Below are positions 1 through 12,342 of a stretch of 64,000 nucleotides of DNA, in pieces. Each line of letters starts with the position of its first letter. The first letter of the stretch is position 1. The notes beneath the pieces were generated by a model. It had not been told where the DNA came from and did not search any database. It saw only the letters and a list, made by a program, of their open reading frames with translations. The stretch is from assembly GCA_002395965.1 (NCBI GenBank), contig DGVT01000121.1, forward strand, positions 44,013 through 108,012, written 5' to 3'. Position numbers and translations under genes: made by a program. Source of the stretch: Porphyromonadaceae bacterium UBA4277. GTDB lineage: Bacteria > Bacteroidota > Bacteroidia > Bacteroidales > Muribaculaceae.

Positions 1-1683
<1,683 letters not shown>

Positions 1684-1917
1684 ATCGTATTGTTTTTATA
1701 TTTTTTCTATGTTACATGGCCGTGAACCGGCCGGTGTGTGATAGCTGCTACTGCCGGCTTGTGCCGTGGCGTTATCAACTTGCAAAGATACGAAAAAATT
1801 ATGAATTACGAATTATGTATTACTATTTTCTATGAAATGCTCTGTCCGATATCATTAACATCGGTAATTCGTTAGTGTTCATGGCTAAGTGTCTTTCCGA
1901 TTCTTTATGCTCGTTTG

Positions 1918-2367
1918 TCATGATTGTGCCGGAGCCTCATAGATGTCGCTGCGGAGCTGCTTGTAGGGCTCGATGAAGAACGTGCGCTCGTGCAGGTGCG
2001 GGTGCGGCACTTGCAGGGTGGGGGTGTGGATGGTGATGGGGTTGCCGTCGTTGTCGTCGATGGCCATGATGTCGATATCTACCAGGCGGTCCACATAGTT
2101 GCCGGCGGCATCGCGATGGTCGGCACTGCCCAGTTGACGTTCTATGCGATGTATTTCGTCGAGCATGTCGTGAGGCTCTATCTCGCTGCTCAGGGCAAAG
2201 CCGATGTTAATAAATGAGTTGCTTGAGCTAAATCCCCATGGCTCACTCTCGATGGGGTCGCTCATGCTCCGAATGTAGCCCAGTAAACTCAGCTCGGACA
2301 TTGCCCGTAATATATTCAGCAATTTGTGGCCGATGTTTGACCCGATGTTTAGGTAGTAAAGTAGCAT
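1918..2367 (-). CDS. folK: 2-amino-4-hydroxy-6-hydroxymethyldihydropteridine pyrophosphokinase
   Basis: YLNIGSNIG, ESEPWGF, DRLVDIDI and VPHPHLHERTF motifs of HPPK. Confidence 0.92.
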   Translation of the reverse strand: MLLYYLNIGSNIGHKLLNILRAMSELSLLGYIRSMSDPIESEPWGFSSSNSFINIGFALSSEIEPHDMLDEIHRIERQLGSADHRDAAGNYVDRLVDIDIMAIDDNDGNPITIHTPTLQVPHPHLHERTFFIEPYKQLRSDIYEAPAQS

Positions 2368-2391
2368 TATGAGTGTGTGCTGATTAAAGGT

Positions 2392-2436
2392 AAAAGAATA
2401 AGGGCTAAGTGTCTGTGAATATTCAACTTAGCCCTT
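2392..2436 (-). terminator. Probable intrinsic terminator after infB
   Basis: Inverted repeat aagggctaagt(2400-2410)/acttagccctt(2426-2436) followed on the minus strand by attctttta. Confidence 0.6.
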
Positions 2437-2459
2437 GACTCTATTGTAACTTGTTTTTA

Positions 2460-5387
2460 TTATAGGCTCTTGTGTACTTCGATTTCCTCGAAGGCCTCGA
2501 TCACGTCGTGCTCCTGGATGTCGTTATAGCTCTGGATCGAGAAGCCGCAGTCGAAGCCGCTGGCCACTTCCTTAACGTCGTCTTTGAAGCGCTTGAGCGA
2601 AGCCAAATTGCCGGTGTAGATCACGATGCCGTCGCGAATGACGCGCACCTTGCACTGGCGCTTGATCTTGCCCTCGGTGACCATGGCTCCGGCAATGGTA
2701 CCCACCTTGCTGATGTGATACACTTGTCGCACCTCGGCCATGCCGCTCACCTCTTCCTTGACGTCGGGCGAGAGCATACCTTCCATAGCGCTCTTCACCT
2801 CCTCGATGCAGTCGTAGATAATCGAGTAGATGCGGATATCCACTCCCTCCTGTGCAGCCAGGCGCTTGGCATCGGCACTGGGTCGCACCTGGAAGCCGAT
2901 GATGTAGGCATCGCTGGCGGCAGCCAGTGTGACGTCGCTCTCGGTGATGGCACCCACTGCCTTGTGGATGACATTGACCTGCACCTCGGGCGTGGAGAGC
3001 TTGATGAGCGAGTCGCTCAGTGCCTCGATAGAGCCATCCACGTCGCCCTTTACAATCACGTTCAGCTCGTGGAAGTCGCCCAGGGCCTTGCGGCGGCCGA
3101 TGTCCTCGAGGGTGAGGCGCTTCTGCGTGCGCAGACCGAGCTCGCGCTGCAGCTGCTCGCGCTTGTTGGCTATCTGGCGGGCTTCCTGGTCGGTGTCCAT
3201 CACGTTGAACTTGTCGCCTGCCGTGGGGGCACCGTTGAGGCCTAAGATGAGTGCGGGCATCGACGGCCCGGCCTCCTTGATGCGCTCGTTGCGCTCGTTG
3301 AACATGGCTTTCACCTTGCCGTAGTGTGTGCCGGCCAGCACGATGTCGCCCACGTGCAGTGTGCCGCCATCGACGAGCACCGTGGCAATGTAGCCGCGAC
3401 CCTTGTCGAGCGACGACTCGATGATCGATCCGGTGGCTTTGCGATGGGGGTTGGCTTTCAGGTCGAGCATGTCGGCCTCAAGAAGCACCTTGTCAAGGAG
3501 CTCGAATATGCCGTCGCCTTTCTTGGCCGAGATGTCTTGACTCTGATATTTGCCGCCCCATTCTTCAACCAGATAGTTGCGGTTGGCCAGCTCTTCCTTG
3601 ATTTTGTCGGGGTTGGCGCCGGGCTTGTCTATCTTGTTGATGGCGAAGATGATGGGCACGCCGGCAGCCGAGGCATGGCTCAGGGCCTCTTCGGTCTGCG
3701 GCATGACGTTGTCGTCGGCCGCCACGATGACGATGACGATGTCGGTAACCTTGGCACCGCGGGCGCGCATTGCGGTGAATGCGGCGTGGCCGGGGGTGTC
3801 GAGGAAGGTGATGCGGCGTCCGTTTTTCAGCTTCACCGTGTAGGCACCAATGTGCTGTGTGATGCCGCCGGCTTCACCGGCTATGACGTTGGTGTTGCGT
3901 ATGTAGTCGAGCAGCGATGTCTTGCCGTGATCGACGTGTCCCATGACGGTCACCACCGGTGGACGCTCCTCGAGGTCTTCGGGGTTGTCAACCTCGTCGT
4001 GAATGGCTTCGGTGACTTCGGCGCTGGCATATTCGGTCTTGAAACCGAATTCTTCGGCCACAATGTTGATGGTCTCGGCGTCGAGGCGCATGTTGATGGA
4101 TACCATCACTCCCAGACTCATGCAAGTGCCAATCACTTTGTTCACGGGGATGTCCATCATGGCTGCAAGGTCGTTGGCTGTGACAAACTCGGTGAGCTTG
4201 AGCACCTTCTTTTCGGCTGCTGCCTGTGCTGCCACTTCGCGCTCTTCTTCGCGCACGGCGTCGCGCTTCTCACGGCGCCACTTGGCGGCTTTCTTCGGAG
4301 TCTTGGTGGTGAGACGAGCCAGCGTCTCCTTTACCTGGCGCTGAACGTCCTCCTCGCTCACTTCGGGCTTGAACGGACGCTTGCTCTTTTTCTCCTTGCG
4401 CTTGCCGGAGCCTTGGTCGGCATTTGCCGGCTTGCCTTTCTGGCCGCCGGGCTGGTTGGCTTGTGCTGCCGTGCTGATGTCAACCTTCTCCTTGCCTATA
4501 CGCTTGCGCTTTTTGCGTGACGAGGCCTCGCCCTGAGCCTTGGAGATGCGCTCGTTGCGCTTTTCTTCCTTGGTCTTTTTCTTGGGGCGTGTCGATTGGT
4601 TGATAGCATCGAGGTCGATTTTCCCAATCACCTTAGGCTTGGTTGTGAGCTCTGGCTTTCCAAGTGTGAATACCTCGGGCTCGTTGGCCTCGGGCTTCTC
4701 CTGTGAGTCAACAGTCTCGGCCTGTGGCTTGATTTCCTCTTTTTGGGGTTGCGTGGGTGGCGCCGGCTGCTCCTGCTGAGGCTCAGGTTTGACCGTGGCG
4801 GGCTTAGTGGGCTCGGGCTTCTGTTCGGGAACAGTGGCAACGGCGGCAGGAGCCTCAGGCTCGGCCTTCGTCTCGACTTTGGGCTCGGCCTTTGGCTCGG
4901 CTTTGGTAGGCTCTTGAGCAGGAGCTGGCTGCTCGGCCACTTGTGCCTGCACTTCTTCCACGGGCTTGGGCTGAGCTTCTTCTGCCGGCTGCTCCTGAGG
5001 CTTGGCCTCGGGCTTTATGGCTTCGGGTTGAGCGACTTCCTTAACGGGCTCGGCATCGGCGGGAGCTTTCTTTTCGGGCTCGGCAACGATGGGCTTGCCA
5101 GTGGCAAGGTCGATTTTTCCAACCAATTTAGGCTTCTGGCCGGGAATGACGGTCTTGATCTCCTCGACGCGTTTCTTCTCGGTCTTGCGCTCGTTGGAGA
5201 GTGTCTCCGACTTCTGCTTTTGCAGCTTGTCGGGGCTGAATTCCTTAATTAGCATTTCATAGACATCGTTCTGAACCCGAGCGTTAACGCTCTGATCCAC
5301 TTCGATACCCTTCTTACGCAGGAAGTCTTCCAGAGTCTGTCTTCCCACATTCAACTCTTTGATGATTTTGGAAATCTTTATTGGCAT
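2460..5387 (-). CDS. infB: Translation initiation factor IF-2
   Basis: [48 protein letters not shown] and [12 protein letters not shown] motifs; long Pro/Glu/Lys-rich N-terminal linker. Confidence 0.99.
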   Translation of the reverse strand: MPIKISKIIKELNVGRQTLEDFLRKKGIEVDQSVNARVQNDVYEMLIKEFSPDKLQKQKSETLSNERKTEKKRVEEIKTVIPGQKPKLVGKIDLATGKPIVAEPEKKAPADAEPVKEVAQPEAIKPEAKPQEQPAEEAQPKPVEEVQAQVAEQPAPAQEPTKAEPKAEPKVETKAEPEAPAAVATVPEQKPEPTKPATVKPEPQQEQPAPPTQPQKEEIKPQAETVDSQEKPEANEPEVFTLGKPELTTKPKVIGKIDLDAINQSTRPKKKTKEEKRNERISKAQGEASSRKKRKRIGKEKVDISTAAQANQPGGQKGKPANADQGSGKRKEKKSKRPFKPEVSEEDVQRQVKETLARLTTKTPKKAAKWRREKRDAVREEEREVAAQAAAEKKVLKLTEFVTANDLAAMMDIPVNKVIGTCMSLGVMVSINMRLDAETINIVAEEFGFKTEYASAEVTEAIHDEVDNPEDLEERPPVVTVMGHVDHGKTSLLDYIRNTNVIAGEAGGITQHIGAYTVKLKNGRRITFLDTPGHAAFTAMRARGAKVTDIVIVIVAADDNVMPQTEEALSHASAAGVPIIFAINKIDKPGANPDKIKEELANRNYLVEEWGGKYQSQDISAKKGDGIFELLDKVLLEADMLDLKANPHRKATGSIIESSLDKGRGYIATVLVDGGTLHVGDIVLAGTHYGKVKAMFNERNERIKEAGPSMPALILGLNGAPTAGDKFNVMDTDQEARQIANKREQLQRELGLRTQKRLTLEDIGRRKALGDFHELNVIVKGDVDGSIEALSDSLIKLSTPEVQVNVIHKAVGAITESDVTLAAASDAYIIGFQVRPSADAKRLAAQEGVDIRIYSIIYDCIEEVKSAMEGMLSPDVKEEVSGMAEVRQVYHISKVGTIAGAMVTEGKIKRQCKVRVIRDGIVIYTGNLASLKRFKDDVKEVASGFDCGFSIQSYNDIQEHDVIEAFEEIEVHKSL

Positions 5388-5519
5388 ATTGTATTTTTGT
5401 AACTCTCAGTAATATAAACACGGTCGGCATTGAACTCGCATCGATGCTCAGGCATCGTCGGAAACTCATGCTGTGGTGGCGCTGTGGCTCATGCAGCATG
5501 ATGTGGCGCTCATGTGACG

Positions 5520-6776
5520 TTAACTTTCAAACTCGGCGCGCAGCACTTCGAGAACGTTATCGACGGTGTCTTCTTCAAGGTCGGCTTTCTCGATAATCTC
5601 GGCCCGCGGCATCTTGAGCACGGCCTTGGCAGTGGCGCATCCCAGGTTCTTGAGTGCCTCGATGACCCACTCGTCGATTTCGTCTTTGAACTCGTCGAGG
5701 TAGATGTCTTCTTCGGCTTCGCCGTCAAGGTCGCGATACACGTCGATGTCATATTGTGTCAGCATCGATGCCAGGCGTATGTTCAAGCCTCCCTTACCAA
5801 TGGCTAATGACACTTCTTCGGGCTTGAGGAATACCTCGGCGTGCTTTGACTCTTCGTCGAGGCGGATCGAGGTGATCTTTGCCGGACTCAGTGCACGCTG
5901 TATGAGCAACTGCGGATTGGAGGTGTAGGGTATGACGTCGATGTTCTCGTTGCGCAGCTCGCGCACGATGCCATGAATGCGGGCTCCCTTCACGCCCACG
6001 CAGGCTCCCACGGGGTCGATGCGGTCGTCATAGCTCTCGACGGCAATCTTGGCACGCTCGCCCGGCACGCGGGCCACGGCACGAATCACGATCAGGCCGT
6101 CGTGGATTTCGGGCACCTCAAGCTCAAACAGGCGGCGCAGGAACACGTCGCTCGTGCGCGACACGGTGATCTTGGGGTTGTTGTTCTTGTTGTCCACGTT
6201 GTGGATTACCGCACGCACGCTGTCGCCCTTGCGGTAGATGTCGGTGGGTATCTGCTGGTCTTTGGGCAGCAGCAGCTCGTTCTTCTCGTCGTCGAGAAGC
6301 AGAACCTCGCGCTTCCATACCTGATACACCTCACCGCTAACCAGCTCGCCTTCAAGCTCCTTGAACTTGTTATAGACTGCATCCTTCTGCAGGTCGAGAA
6401 TCTTGCTGGCAAGTGTCTGGCGAAGGTTGAGGATTGCGCGGCGTCCAAACTTGGTGAAGTCGATCTTGCGGGTGTGCTCTTCGCCCACTTCGCAGTCGGG
6501 GTCTTCATCGGCGCGTGCATCGCTCAGCCCGATTTCCTTGTTGGGATTTTCCACTTCGCCGTCGGGCACCACTTCAAGGTTCTGGTAGATTTCGCAGTCA
6601 CCCTTGTCGGGGTTGACAATCACGTCGAAGTTGTCGTCGTTGCCAAACATCTTGGCCAGCACGCTGCGGAACGACTCCTCCAGCACGCTGATCAACGTAA
6701 TTTTGTCAATGTTCTTAAGCTCTTTGAACTCCGAAAATTGGTCGGCCATATTGACCGCTTCTTGTCTCTTAGCCAT
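5520..6776 (-). CDS. nusA: Transcription termination/antitermination factor NusA
   Basis: S1 and KH domains (ARVPGERAKIAV, DPVGACVGVKGARI, SLAIGKGGLNIRLAS); lies between rimP and infB. Confidence 0.98.
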   Translation of the reverse strand: MAKRQEAVNMADQFSEFKELKNIDKITLISVLEESFRSVLAKMFGNDDNFDVIVNPDKGDCEIYQNLEVVPDGEVENPNKEIGLSDARADEDPDCEVGEEHTRKIDFTKFGRRAILNLRQTLASKILDLQKDAVYNKFKELEGELVSGEVYQVWKREVLLLDDEKNELLLPKDQQIPTDIYRKGDSVRAVIHNVDNKNNNPKITVSRTSDVFLRRLFELEVPEIHDGLIVIRAVARVPGERAKIAVESYDDRIDPVGACVGVKGARIHGIVRELRNENIDVIPYTSNPQLLIQRALSPAKITSIRLDEESKHAEVFLKPEEVSLAIGKGGLNIRLASMLTQYDIDVYRDLDGEAEEDIYLDEFKDEIDEWVIEALKNLGCATAKAVLKMPRAEIIEKADLEEDTVDNVLEVLRAEFES

Positions 6777-6785
6777 GATGGTATG

Positions 6786-7250
6786 TTAAAATTTTATTAT
6801 GCATTTTGTTTGTTTCACCTCGTCGTAACGCATTGTTGTGGCTACATCGACCAGCTCGGGGCGCTTTTTGCCTTCTACTTTCATCTTAGTAGGGGTGATG
6901 ATGGTGAATGTTTCGTCGCCGGCTTCGCTGAGGGTGCCCTTGAGCTTGCGGCCATCGCTTGTGAGAACTTCCACTTCCTGCCCGAGGTTCTTGTCATATT
7001 GTTTGCGCACTATCAGCGGTGAGCTGATGCCATAGCTGCCCACCGTGAGCTCATAGTCTTCGGCGTCTTGGTCAAAAGCCTCGTGCACGGCTCTGTCGAT
7101 GCGCACGCAGTCGTCAATAGAGATGTCGCCCATGCTGTCGATGGCCACGTCTATCACATTGCCGGCACCGATGGTCACCTCCACCAAGAAGAGGTCGGTG
7201 CCCTCAAGCGCGTCGTTAACTACCTGTGTAAGTTCTTTCTTGTCAATCAT
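6786..7250 (-). CDS. rimP: Ribosome maturation factor RimP
   Basis: ISIDDCVRI, EDYELTVGSYGISSPL; rimP-nusA-infB synteny. Start moved to MIDKKEL (ATG 7250). Confidence 0.93.
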   Translation of the reverse strand: MIDKKELTQVVNDALEGTDLFLVEVTIGAGNVIDVAIDSMGDISIDDCVRIDRAVHEAFDQDAEDYELTVGSYGISSPLIVRKQYDKNLGQEVEVLTSDGRKLKGTLSEAGDETFTIITPTKMKVEGKKRPELVDVATTMRYDEVKQTKCIIKF

Positions 7251-7311
7251 TCTGTTAATCTTTTGGTGGCTACCTTGCTCAAAATCAGGGCGCAACCCAA
7301 TCATGTTTTAT

Positions 7312-7363
7312 AATAAAAACGAGGAAGCTCATAGCCCCCTCTCACGAATGCTTTGCAAAATTA
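7312..7363 (-). promoter_or_regulatory. rimP promoter (-7 box) and rimP-leader-like hairpin
   Basis: Minus strand TAATTTTG (7363-7356) fits the Bacteroidetes TAnnTTTG consensus. It is followed by hairpin GAGGGGGC-TATGA-GCTTCCTC and a T-rich tail, as expected for the NusA-responsive rimP leader. Confidence 0.6.
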
Positions 7364-7827
7364 CTGCTTTTTAATAATATGTACAACCTGCGGCGTGACA
7401 AAGCTCGGCCAAAACGGCAGAAATGAGCAATATTTAAGAAAGTTTAACCATTGCCGATTGGCGAGAAGGGGGACCCTTCGGACTCTTCCGACTTTTCTGA
7501 CTCTTCGGGCGCAATAATTTATGCTGTGTGTCACTTTCGTTTAACCGATGAGCGGAAAGAAGCTATAATTATTCACTATTCAGCTAAGAATGTCAATGCT
7601 GAAGTTGACATTATTTTTATTGAACTTGGGCTGTTGTTCTATATTGTGGTTGCGATATTATTGATGTTTGTCTATAAATAGCCGGTGCTGCAAACTCTGG
7701 CTCAGTGGGCAAAACGCATGTGCGCTTGTGGCATGGCACTTCCAGAGGTTGCACACTTGCAATAAATTTTGTAATTTCGCGTTCTGAATCTAACGACATT
7801 ACATTACTTATTAAAAATCAAGATATT

Positions 7828-8271
7828 ATGAGCAGAACAATAGAGTTTCAGATTCCCTCGCTCGAGGCGCTGCCGCAGGTGGCTCACGATTTCATGGCCG
7901 AGATGGGCGACTACACCGTCTTTGCCTTCTACGGGCCGATGGGAGCCGGCAAGACCACGTTTATCAACGAGCTGTGCCGCCAGTTGGGCGTGGAGAGTGA
8001 CGTTACCAACTCGCCGTCGTTTGCTATCATCAACGAGTATCGCAGCGACACTACCGCCGAGCTCATCTATCACTTCGATTGCTATCGCCTTGAAAACGAG
8101 GCCGAGGCCGAAGACCTCGGGGCCGAAGACTACTTCGACTGTGGCGCGGTGTGCCTGATTGAGTGGCCCGAGCGCATCGAGAACCTGCTCCCCGACGACA
8201 CCGTGCGTGTGGATCTGAGCGTGAATGAGGCCGACGACAGCCGCCTGATGCGTGTCACATTCCGTGAATAA
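7828..8271 (+). CDS. tsaE: tRNA threonylcarbamoyladenosine biosynthesis ATPase TsaE
   Basis: [10 protein letters not shown] Walker [28 protein letters not shown]; start moved to MSRTIEF. Confidence 0.96.
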   Translation: MSRTIEFQIPSLEALPQVAHDFMAEMGDYTVFAFYGPMGAGKTTFINELCRQLGVESDVTNSPSFAIINEYRSDTTAELIYHFDCYRLENEAEAEDLGAEDYFDCGAVCLIEWPERIENLLPDDTVRVDLSVNEADDSRLMRVTFRE

Positions 8272-8284
8272 CAAGCCTGCTGTT

Positions 8285-9058
8285 ATGCCTCGATACATAT
8301 TGGTAAAAGAAACGGCATCGACCAACACCTACCTCAAGACCTTGGCCGATACATTGCCCGGTGGTACGGTGATCTATACCCACCGGCAGACGGCAGGCCG
8401 CGGCCAGAAAGGTAACTCGTGGGAGGCCGAGCCGGGCAAGAACCTCACTTTCTCGATGCTGCTAAAGCGTCCGGCTGTGGCAGTGCGCGATCAGTTTGTC
8501 ATCAGCGAGGCAGTGTCGCTTGCCATTGTGGATGCGGTGCGTGAAGCTCTTGCCGATGCCGATGCGGCTAAGCAAATAGCGGTGAAATGGCCCAACGACA
8601 TCTATTGCGGCGACCGCAAGCTGTGCGGCCTGCTCATCGAGAACTCGCTCGACGACCACGGCATTGCCCATAGCGTGGTGGGAGTGGGGTTGAACGTCAA
8701 TCAGTCAGCCTTTGTGAGCGATGCGCCCAATCCGGTGTCAATGTGTCAGGTGGCGGGCCATGAGTTTGAGCTGGAAACGCTGTTGCACGACGTGTGTGAG
8801 CGCATCGAGCAGTATTGTGCACAGGGAGCTATGCCTCAAGGCCGAAGGCTCCTTCATGAGCAATATCTCGCGGCACTGTATCGCAACGACGGCCGCCCGC
8901 ACAGCTTTGTGCTGCCCGATGGCACACAATTTGCAGCTATAATCCACGACGTGGCGCCCGACGGGATGCTCATCTTGCGCACACCCGGGGGTGATGACGA
9001 GTTTCATAGCTACGCCTTCAAGCAGGTGCAGCATGTGATAAACGAAGTGATACTATGA
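8285..9058 (+). CDS. birA: Biotin--[acetyl-CoA-carboxylase] ligase (no HTH)
   Basis: STNTYL, QTAGRGQKGNSW, VKWPNDIY, KLCGLLIEN, VGVGLNVNQ. Confidence 0.94.
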   Translation: MPRYILVKETASTNTYLKTLADTLPGGTVIYTHRQTAGRGQKGNSWEAEPGKNLTFSMLLKRPAVAVRDQFVISEAVSLAIVDAVREALADADAAKQIAVKWPNDIYCGDRKLCGLLIENSLDDHGIAHSVVGVGLNVNQSAFVSDAPNPVSMCQVAGHEFELETLLHDVCERIEQYCAQGAMPQGRRLLHEQYLAALYRNDGRPHSFVLPDGTQFAAIIHDVAPDGMLILRTPGGDDEFHSYAFKQVQHVINEVIL

Positions 9059-9636
9059 ACATAGCAGTGTATTGCAGCAGCCGCCCTCACCTTGACCAGT
9101 CTTATCGCGACATGGCAAGTGCATTGGGGCACTGGATGGGCATTAACGGGCACACCTTAATCTATGGTGGCGTGAATGCCGGGCTGATGCATGTCGTGGC
9201 CAAGGCGGCTCACGAGAGCGGCTCGCAAGTGGTGGGTGTGGTGACACGCAACTTTGCCTCGATGGCCGACCGCCTGTGCGACCGACTCTTCGTTACCGAC
9301 AACCTTAACGAGCGCAAGGCTCGCATGTGTCTCATCAGCGACCTGCATGTGGTGCTCCCCGGCGGAGTGGGAACAATCGACGAGTGGATCTCGGCACTGT
9401 CGCAAATGGTGGTCGATAAGCGTGAAGGCACGGGCATCGTGGTTGTCAATGCCGATGGCATGTACGACAGCCTGCTGTTACAGCTCAGCCAGCTTGCCGG
9501 CTCGCGATTTGCCGGCGACAGGCATATGCAGCTCATGCAGGTGGTGAACTCCACACACGAGCTGCTCAACCTATTAGACGAATTATTATCATTGAATCCT
9601 ATTGAAACCAAAAAGAACGACAACGATGAAAAGTAA
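9055..9636 (+). CDS. LOG-family (lysine decarboxylase-like) nucleotide phosphoribohydrolase
   Basis: IAVYCSS, LIYGGVNAGLM, ERKARM and LPGGVGTIDE (PGGxGTxxE). Confidence 0.88.
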   Translation: MNIAVYCSSRPHLDQSYRDMASALGHWMGINGHTLIYGGVNAGLMHVVAKAAHESGSQVVGVVTRNFASMADRLCDRLFVTDNLNERKARMCLISDLHVVLPGGVGTIDEWISALSQMVVDKREGTGIVVVNADGMYDSLLLQLSQLAGSRFAGDRHMQLMQVVNSTHELLNLLDELLSLNPIETKKNDNDEK

Positions 9637-10183
9637 AGTTTATACACTCACCGGCGACCAGGGCACGACGTCGCTCGTCGGCGGTAAGCGAGTGAGCAAA
9701 GATGACGTTAGGGTAGAAGCCTATGGCACCATCGATGAGCTGAATGCCAACATCGGTGTTTTGGCACATAACTCCAAGCTCGATGCCACCGGCATGACGG
9801 GTGTAATCAAGACGGTGATGAACAAGCTCTTCAACATAGGTGCATATCTCGCCACCGAGAACGCTCCCGACACACCCGTCTATGGCCTGACGCAAGCCGA
9901 CGTCGAACTGCTTGAAAAAAGCATCGACGAGATGGACGAGGAGTTGCCGCCCTTCCGTGGATTTGTCCTGCCCGGCGGTAGCCGCCTCAGCGCCCTGTGC
10001 GATGTGTGCCGCACCGTCACACGCCGGGCCGAGAGGCGTGTGATAACGCTTGCCGGCAAGGCCTACGTTGACCCCATAGTGATGAAATATCTTAACAGAC
10101 TGAGTGACTTTTTCTTCGTTTTAGCAAGGTTTAACAATATTCAGAACCAATTCGAAGAAAATTATTGGGATAAAGATGCTTGA
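9626..10183 (+). CDS. PduO-type cob(I)alamin adenosyltransferase
   Basis: KVYTLTGDQGTT, RVEAYGTIDELNA, FVLPGG, RTVTRRAER, YLNRLSDFFFVLAR. Confidence 0.93.
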   Translation: MKSKVYTLTGDQGTTSLVGGKRVSKDDVRVEAYGTIDELNANIGVLAHNSKLDATGMTGVIKTVMNKLFNIGAYLATENAPDTPVYGLTQADVELLEKSIDEMDEELPPFRGFVLPGGSRLSALCDVCRTVTRRAERRVITLAGKAYVDPIVMKYLNRLSDFFFVLARFNNIQNQFEENYWDKDA

Positions 10184-10252
10184 AGTTGAAAATATTACAT
10201 TACCTTTGCGCACTTTTTATTAAGAACAGAAAATCGTAAAATTGGGAAGACT

Positions 10253-10477
10253 ATGTATTGGACACTCGAATTAGCTACAAAACTTGAGGATGCACCATGG
10301 CCCGCAACTAAGGACGAACTCATTGACTATGCTGTGCGAAGTGGTGCACCACTGGAGGTGATTGAAAACCTGCAGGAAATTGAAGACGAAGGCGACACCT
10401 ACGAGTCGATCGAAGATATCTGGGAGGATTACCCGCGCAACGACGAAGATTTCTTCTTCGACGAGGAAGAGTATTAG
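10253..10477 (+). CDS. DUF2795 family small acidic protein
   Basis: MYWTLELATKLEDAPWPATKDELIDYA...FFFDEEEY, a conserved Bacteroidetes protein recognised from memory. Confidence 0.88.
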   Translation: MYWTLELATKLEDAPWPATKDELIDYAVRSGAPLEVIENLQEIEDEGDTYESIEDIWEDYPRNDEDFFFDEEEY

Positions 10478-10484
10478 TAGGCTT
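10457..10484 (+). repeat. 28-bp direct repeat copy 1 (att-like; 3' end of DUF2795 gene)
   Basis: ttcgacgaggaagagtattagtaggctt, identical to 13318-13345. Confidence 0.9.
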
Positions 10485-10503
10485 TATTTAGTCTAAAACA
10501 TTT

Positions 10504-10553
10504 AATACCAGCGAGATAAGCAAAGATAATTTGTTTGTCTCGCTGGTGTTTTT
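10504..10553 (+). terminator. Intrinsic terminator after DUF2795
   Basis: aataccagcgagataagcaaa / tttgtttgtctcgctggtgtt stem followed by T tract. Confidence 0.75.
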
Positions 10554-10662
10554 ATAGTCTTGATAAGCTGTTCCTTTACCAGAATCTTTTGCCTTCGAAG
10601 TTGCGAAATTAAAAGCTTTTTTTGACTCATTGAAGCCAATTTGATAAAAACTTTCGTAAAAT

Positions 10663-10764
10663 CAGCAGCACTATACGCTGCCTGATGATGTGGAGCGTGA
10701 CAAGATTTCTGCCAAGGTAGAGGACGGCATCCTGACCGTCACCATGCCGAAGACAGAACCGAAG
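10663..10764 (+). pseudogene. Hsp20/alpha-crystallin C-terminal fragment
   Basis: Translates as QQHYTLPDDVERDKISAKVEDGILTVTMPKTEPK (small HSP signature LPxxV-D-I-A---G-L-V--PK); no start codon or N-terminal half. Confidence 0.75.
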
Positions 10765-10898
10765 CCGTTTTTATGTGGCGAAAGTTGCTGAAATGATTTT
10801 CTTTTGTGTCATTTGAGCAATTTTCGCCATTTATATTTGCTGAAATGGATGCTTTTTACTATCTTTGCAGCAGATTTCAGTAAAGAATTGATTATAAT

Positions 10899-12320
10899 AT
10901 GAAGCATACATTGATAGGCCGAGAGCAGGAAGTAAAGCTTTTGCGAGAATATCTGAATACGGACAAGTCAGAGTTTGTTGTCGTATATGGTAGGCGACGC
11001 GTGGGAAAGACATACCTCATTCGTCAAGTTCTTGGAGACCAAGCCTGCTTCTCGATGACAGGTATGGAGAATGCCGACATGGGCGACCAGCTTTCAAACT
11101 TTTATTTTTCTCTGCTCCGAGTTTGGCCATCTGCTACGCACCCTAAGTCATGGATAGAAGCGTTCTATCAACTTCAGAGTTTTCTTGAAAGTTTGCCTGA
11201 AGGGAGGAAAATTGTTTTCATAGACGAACTGCCTTGGATGGATACAACTCGCTCGAAATTCTTGGCTGCTCTTGAACGATTTTGGAATGGATGGGCTGAC
11301 GGACGTAGCGATATTAAGTTGATTGTTTGCGGTTCTGCCACCTCGTGGATGATAGATAATATCATCAATAATAGAGGGGGACTACATAATCGGAGAACTC
11401 ACCAAATCTATATCGCTCCATTCACGTTGGAAGAAAGCCGTCGCTATTTCAAGGCCTACGGATTCGGATATCGAGAGAAGGAAATAGCTGAGTGTTATAT
11501 GGTGATGGGCGGTGTTGCCTATTATTATTCGCTGATGAATCCTAAGGAGAGCGTCGCCCAAAATATTGACCGACTGTTTTTCTTAAATAATGGTGAGTTG
11601 GTTAACGAGTTCGAAAACTTATATCGTTCCCTTTTTAAAAAGGCTGGCGATCATATTACTATCGTCACTGTGTTGGCAAAAAAAGGCAAAGGGCTTTCCC
11701 GCAAGCAGATTATTGAGCAAAGCAGATTAAACAACAACAAGAAGTTCACCAAGACACTGGAAGAACTTGAGAAGTGCGGCTTCATCCGTAGTTACATCCC
11801 CTTCGGTGAAACCAAGCGTGATATCCTTTTCCAGCTGACAGATGCATTTACGCTGTTCCACTTTCATTACATCAAAGAAAACAAATATCAGGATGAAACC
11901 TTTTGGACGAATTCCCTTAATAGTGGGAAGTATCGCGCCTGGAGCGGTTATGCTTTCGAAATTTTATGCTTGAATCATATCCGACAGATTAAACAGGCTC
12001 TTGGCATCTCTGGCATTCAGAGCCGGGCTTGTTGTTGGAGCAGTAAAGGTGATGATAGTCATAGGGGGGCACAAATTGACTTGATTATCGATCGCGCTGA
12101 TCAGACTGTCAATATCTGCGAGATGAAATTTTCACGCTCGGATTACGAAATCACAAAATCCGAAGCAGAGGATTTGGATAACAAATTGGACATATTTCTT
12201 AGACAGACCAACACGCGGAAGTCTCTGATGCTGACAATGATTACCAGTTTTGGCATTAAGCCAGGAATTTATAGTGGACGCGTACAAGCTCAAGTCACGC
12301 TTGAAGATTTGTTCAAATAA
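10899..12320 (+). CDS. AAA-family (archaeal-ATPase-like) protein with C-terminal PD-(D/E)xK-like domain
   Basis: Walker A GRRRVGKT, Walker B IVFIDE, LIVCGS, C-terminal QIDLIIDRADQTVNICEMK; AT-richer than flanking genes. Confidence 0.82.
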   Translation: MKHTLIGREQEVKLLREYLNTDKSEFVVVYGRRRVGKTYLIRQVLGDQACFSMTGMENADMGDQLSNFYFSLLRVWPSATHPKSWIEAFYQLQSFLESLPEGRKIVFIDELPWMDTTRSKFLAALERFWNGWADGRSDIKLIVCGSATSWMIDNIINNRGGLHNRRTHQIYIAPFTLEESRRYFKAYGFGYREKEIAECYMVMGGVAYYYSLMNPKESVAQNIDRLFFLNNGELVNEFENLYRSLFKKAGDHITIVTVLAKKGKGLSRKQIIEQSRLNNNKKFTKTLEELEKCGFIRSYIPFGETKRDILFQLTDAFTLFHFHYIKENKYQDETFWTNSLNSGKYRAWSGYAFEILCLNHIRQIKQALGISGIQSRACCWSSKGDDSHRGAQIDLIIDRADQTVNICEMKFSRSDYEITKSEAEDLDNKLDIFLRQTNTRKSLMLTMITSFGIKPGIYSGRVQAQVTLEDLFK

Positions 12321-12342
12321 CATGTGCTGATAATTAATATAT

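Noticed and set aside
7451-7681. 76-aa ORF starting in a gactcttc(c/g) 9-mer repeat
   Set aside because: TTG start, low-complexity N-terminus and no recognisable motif; at most a gene remnant.
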